From IMG/VR virus record IMGVR_UViG_3300005739_000007, positions 1 through 47,932 of that record: DNA of 47,932 bases; one strand, 5' to 3'. The notes under the pieces are model-generated. The model saw nothing but the letters and a program-made list of their open reading frames with translations. It had not been told where the DNA came from and did not search any database. Of the stretch, positions 44,835 to 47,932 are shown piece by piece. The stretch's first letter is position 1; every line of letters starts with the position of its first letter. The translations under genes were made by a program, and so were the position numbers. The stretch is from a virus. Its lineage: Duplodnaviria; Caudoviricetes.

Positions 44835-47800
44835 CTATAAGTTCTTATTGATATCATCTCCTAAAGGAAATAAAGATTCAAACGTTAAATCGTAAAGCTC
44901 TTGGAATAACATCGTTCCACCACCGCTTGACGAAGATGAAGATGAAGATGCGGATGAAGAAGACGAAGACGAAGATGAAGATGAAGATGAGGATGAACAT
45001 TCACAAGTTAATCCTTCAATCGCCTGACAGATAAAACATCCAAATTTCGCATTATTTGCACAAGATATTTGTTCAACCCTAGCACTTTTCATAACTTCTG
45101 CCATGCCATTGTTATTCCATATCATTGTTGTACAATATCTTGGAGCGCATTTACCTATATATCGAGATGGAACAGTAATTTGTGGGCCTTTAAAACGAAA
45201 ACTTCCAAGAGTTTTAAGCGTTGCTTTATTTATATAAGTGCACTCAGCACTTTTAAGCTCTTCGCCATTTTTCATTACTTTGCATTGTTTAGTCTCTTGT
45301 TTATCTTCTCCGTTTTCCCAACATGGATTTTTAATTACTAAATCCTCTTCATATAATTCTGCATAATATTCGCAACAATCACATATTGACCCTCCTTGGT
45401 TTCCAATGTAAGATTTATCTGAAAATTGTTGATACTCTTGACAGTCTTGGGTTACACCACCAGGTTCTAGATAATAATCCCATACAGTAGTTCTTTTATT
45501 ACATGTAAAACATTGAGCGGCAAATCCATCATTATTTCCAAGCTCTGCTTCCCAAAAGGCTTTCCATGAACCATTTGGAATATTTTCTTTCTCATTAGAC
45601 CATTTTAAAAAATTCATATTTTTAATAGGATCTTCATCAGCACTAATTGGCTGACATGGGACTGGACATAAATATCCATTAAGAGTTCCTTGAACTCCAA
45701 CTTTAATCCATGGCCATCTAGGGTCTTCTGCTGGAGCTTTAGTTTCAATTAATTCGCAAAGTCCTTTTACAGCGTTTTGTTTTAATAGAATCGTCCCATT
45801 CCAGTTTTTATTATTTACGTCAATTCGAAGTGGTTGGTCAGCTGATTTTGCTGTTTCATATCGATACCAAATTTTTGGAGTTAAAGATGTGCAATCACAT
45901 TGTAAACCTTCTACTTCTCCATTAACTTCAAGACGTATTCCGCCATATTGACCAGCAACTACTTTATCACAAAAAGCTGCACATTCTCCAACAAAAAGTT
46001 TTATATTATCGGGATACTCACAACATTTTTCACCAGAACTTGGCGAAGGACTCGAAGGACTTGGCGAACCAGGACCTGGAGGCCCAGGACTTGGCGAAGG
46101 GCCAGGACCTGGCCCAGGACCTGGCCCAGGACTTGGCGAAGGAGTTGGCGAAGGAGTTGGCGAAGGGCTAGGGCTTGGCGAAGGGCTTGGTCCTGGAGGA
46201 CAAGGGTTATTATTCCATTTATCTTTTAAATAACAGTTTACAAAATTATCTTCTTGTACTGATAAAGATCTATTAAAAATTATTAATTCTGCAAAATAAA
46301 AATCTTGTAGGCCTTGCCCACTGTAACCTAAAGTATTTTTATAAGGTAAATCATTATCTTTTTGTAAAAAATAAAGTCCATTTAAAGGATAACTGATATC
46401 ATTATGTAAAAATGTTGACCCATTCCCAAATGTATTATTATTACCACTATAAAACCATTTGTCTATATGAACATCATCAGAAATAAAATCTGGATAATCT
46501 TCTATAGAAAAACTTGGTCCAGAAGTTCCAGTCAATTCAACAGTTCCCGTTTCATTTATGCCTATAGAAACAATTCCTTTATTAAAACCGGTTGGTTCAT
46601 AAATTGCACTTAGTTCTCTTAAACCATTAAATCTATTACCTGTTACTTGTAGATTAAATACTTTTACTGGATTTCCATATTCAGTTGAATTCCATTTATA
46701 TGCAAAATATACTGTAATAGGTTTATTTAAATTTAATAATAGTTGTTGATTTATATTTACTAATTCAGTATTTGTTTTTAAATTGATAAATTTTTTATTT
46801 GAAGAGTCAACCACATATGGAATTCCAGATATAATGCTGTTATCAAAAACATATTGATTTATGGTTTTATCATAAATTTGTTTAACATAACCACTTATTG
46901 AAAAAGTTTCTAATGGAATAATAGAATCAAAATTCAATAAAAAATCTTTATCTAAAATACTTGCTTTAATTATTTCATTTGATATATTTTGATTTATTTT
47001 TACGGAATCGGATTGACCAATTTTTTGATTATATCCAGAATTATTTCCCCAGCCAATAATTAAATTTTCATTTTCTATAAATGCGATTGAATGATCATAA
47101 CCAGCACTAATTTGTGAAACTTTTTTATTTTTTAAAAAATTGGGTATATTAATTTGTCCATAAGAATTATCACCCCAACCAGTAACAGTCCCGTCTGATA
47201 ATAAAGCTATAGCATGATTGCCCCCAGCAGAAATTGATTTAACATTATTTAAATTTTTAGGAATATTTATTTGACCACCTTTATTAAATCCAAATCCTGT
47301 TACCTCTCCATTTTCTAATAAAATTAAACTATATCTCCATCCAGCTGAAATTTGTTTAGGGTTTTTGATATTTAAAGGAATATCAGTTTCTCCATAATTT
47401 AAATTATTTCCTGTTATACCACCCCATCCAGTTATAGTCCCATCTTCTAAAACTGCTAATCCATGATAATATCCAGCCGAAATTTGTTTAACACCAGTTA
47501 TGCAATTATTTATCCAAATATCTTGCCCATGTAATGTTTTTCCAAATCCTGTAATTTGATTATTTTGTTCCAATAAACCTAAAACCCAATCAGTTTTTAG
47601 GTCTAAATCAGAATATTTTTCTTTGCCAAACAATACTTTTGAATAAAAAAGTTCATAATAGTCATTAGTATTTTCTGAGTCAATTTTCCCCCAAAAAATA
47701 GACTGACCATTATTTAATAAAGCGGTATTTAATAATCTTCCAGCATTAATTTTCTTTACGCCAATTCTATAGATATTTTTTGGAAAATTTAATTGTAAAT

Positions 47801-47888
47801 TAGTATCTAATCCCCAACCAGTTATAAAATCTTGATCGGGAAATAATACTAAATTATGTTGATATCCAGCACTAATTTGTGGCTTCAT
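44835..47888 (-). CDS. RCC1/BLIP-II repeat protein with Pro/Ser/Gly linker, Cys-rich domain and poly-Ser tail (putative adhesin/tail fibre)
   Basis: Repeated ISAG..H...L..DG.VTGWG.N..GQ..IP units; FAELIIFNRSLS..E...V..YL..KW (LamG-like end); linker; 25-Cys domain. Confidence 0.85.
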   Translation of the reverse strand: MKPQISAGYQHNLVLFPDQDFITGWGLDTNLQLNFPKNIYRIGVKKINAGRLLNTALLNNGQSIFWGKIDSENTNDYYELFYSKVLFGKEKYSDLDLKTDWVLGLLEQNNQITGFGKTLHGQDIWINNCITGVKQISAGYYHGLAVLEDGTITGWGGITGNNLNYGETDIPLNIKNPKQISAGWRYSLILLENGEVTGFGFNKGGQINIPKNLNNVKSISAGGNHAIALLSDGTVTGWGDNSYGQINIPNFLKNKKVSQISAGYDHSIAFIENENLIIGWGNNSGYNQKIGQSDSVKINQNISNEIIKASILDKDFLLNFDSIIPLETFSISGYVKQIYDKTINQYVFDNSIISGIPYVVDSSNKKFINLKTNTELVNINQQLLLNLNKPITVYFAYKWNSTEYGNPVKVFNLQVTGNRFNGLRELSAIYEPTGFNKGIVSIGINETGTVELTGTSGPSFSIEDYPDFISDDVHIDKWFYSGNNNTFGNGSTFLHNDISYPLNGLYFLQKDNDLPYKNTLGYSGQGLQDFYFAELIIFNRSLSVQEDNFVNCYLKDKWNNNPCPPGPSPSPSPSPSPTPSPTPSPSPGPGPGPGPGPSPSPGPPGPGSPSPSSPSPSSGEKCCEYPDNIKLFVGECAAFCDKVVAGQYGGIRLEVNGEVEGLQCDCTSLTPKIWYRYETAKSADQPLRIDVNNKNWNGTILLKQNAVKGLCELIETKAPAEDPRWPWIKVGVQGTLNGYLCPVPCQPISADEDPIKNMNFLKWSNEKENIPNGSWKAFWEAELGNNDGFAAQCFTCNKRTTVWDYYLEPGGVTQDCQEYQQFSDKSYIGNQGGSICDCCEYYAELYEEDLVIKNPCWENGEDKQETKQCKVMKNGEELKSAECTYINKATLKTLGSFRFKGPQITVPSRYIGKCAPRYCTTMIWNNNGMAEVMKSARVEQISCANNAKFGCFICQAIEGLTCECSSSSSSSSSSSSSSSASSSSSSSSGGGTMLFQELYDLTFESLFPLGDDINKNL
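44852..45006 (-). repeat. Direct repeat copy B: CxC-(Ser)n-GGGTMLFQELYDLTFESLFPLG
   Basis: Matches 42673-42800 with a longer Ser tract. Confidence 0.92.
46037..46200 (-). repeat. GC-rich tandem 6/12-bp repeats encoding a (PS/PT/PG)n linker
   Basis: Plus-strand units such as ggcgaaggagtt and ggcccaggacct. Confidence 0.9.
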
Positions 47889-47915
47889 ACGTTTACCTTA
47901 TACCTTTTAATACTA

Positions 47916-47921
47916 TTACAC
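47916..47921 (-). promoter_or_regulatory. GTGTAA motif heading the putative structural operon
   Basis: 27 nt before ATG 47888; the leader contains AAGGTATAAGG. Confidence 0.55.
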
Positions 47922-47932
47922 ATATTATTATA

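Noticed and set aside
42673-45006. Repeat pair as a diversity-generating retroelement TR/VR
   Set aside because: No reverse transcriptase in the window. Both copies are coding, the mismatches are nearly all synonymous, and one is not at an adenine.
46037-46200. GC-rich repeats as a CRISPR array (a Cas4-like gene is present at 19047)
   Set aside because: These are short tandem codon repeats with no unique spacers, in frame within a CDS. The nuclease sits in the replication operon.
297-46229. Short antisense or nested ORFs in the track (e.g. 297-479, 2892-3173, 11593-11961, 14618-15004, 30067-30468, 41103-41420, 45948-46229)
   Set aside because: They are shadows of well-supported genes on another strand or frame, with no motifs or promoters.
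1-47932. Stop-codon reassignment
   Set aside because: Conserved genes are intact in the standard code, all three stop codons are used at coupled gene ends, and none of the tRNAs is a suppressor.
1-47932. Bacterial chromosome or integrated prophage
   Set aside because: The mix of divergent replication genes, tiny ORFs and tail-like genes is phage-like. No integrase, att site or housekeeping operon is present in the window.

Overview
This AT-rich, densely coding 47.9-kb window looks like part of a large dsDNA tailed-phage genome rather than a cellular chromosome. It carries a replication/nucleotide module: DnaE split into a stand-alone PHP gene and a catalytic gene, a DnaQ-like exonuclease, primase, DnaB, RecA-like recombinase, Cas4/RecB-like nuclease, class II RNR, ThyX, dCMP deaminase and a dNMP-kinase-like protein. 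It also has three tRNAs (Leu-TAG, Ala-TGC, Val-TAC), a sigma-70-family factor, a MoxR/VWA pair, a subtilase, many small early-type ORFs and four probable virion/tail genes at the right end. Most notable are: (i) a large glycosylation toolkit (Gmd, RmlC-like epimerase, methyltransferase, about 7 glycosyltransferase genes including an apparently split GT9) alongside Ser/Pro-rich linkers in putative virion proteins; (ii) a near-identical poly-Ser-GGG-TMLFQELYDLTFESLFPLG cassette shared by two otherwise unrelated genes; (iii) two promoter classes, namely near-consensus sigma-70 promoters giving leaderless mRNAs and a GTGTAA motif that may belong to the phage sigma factor; (iv) a twin GNA-triloop ssDNA hairpin element at the main divergent strand switch, a candidate origin/priming signal. 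All family calls come from motifs recognised by eye; no database search was run.
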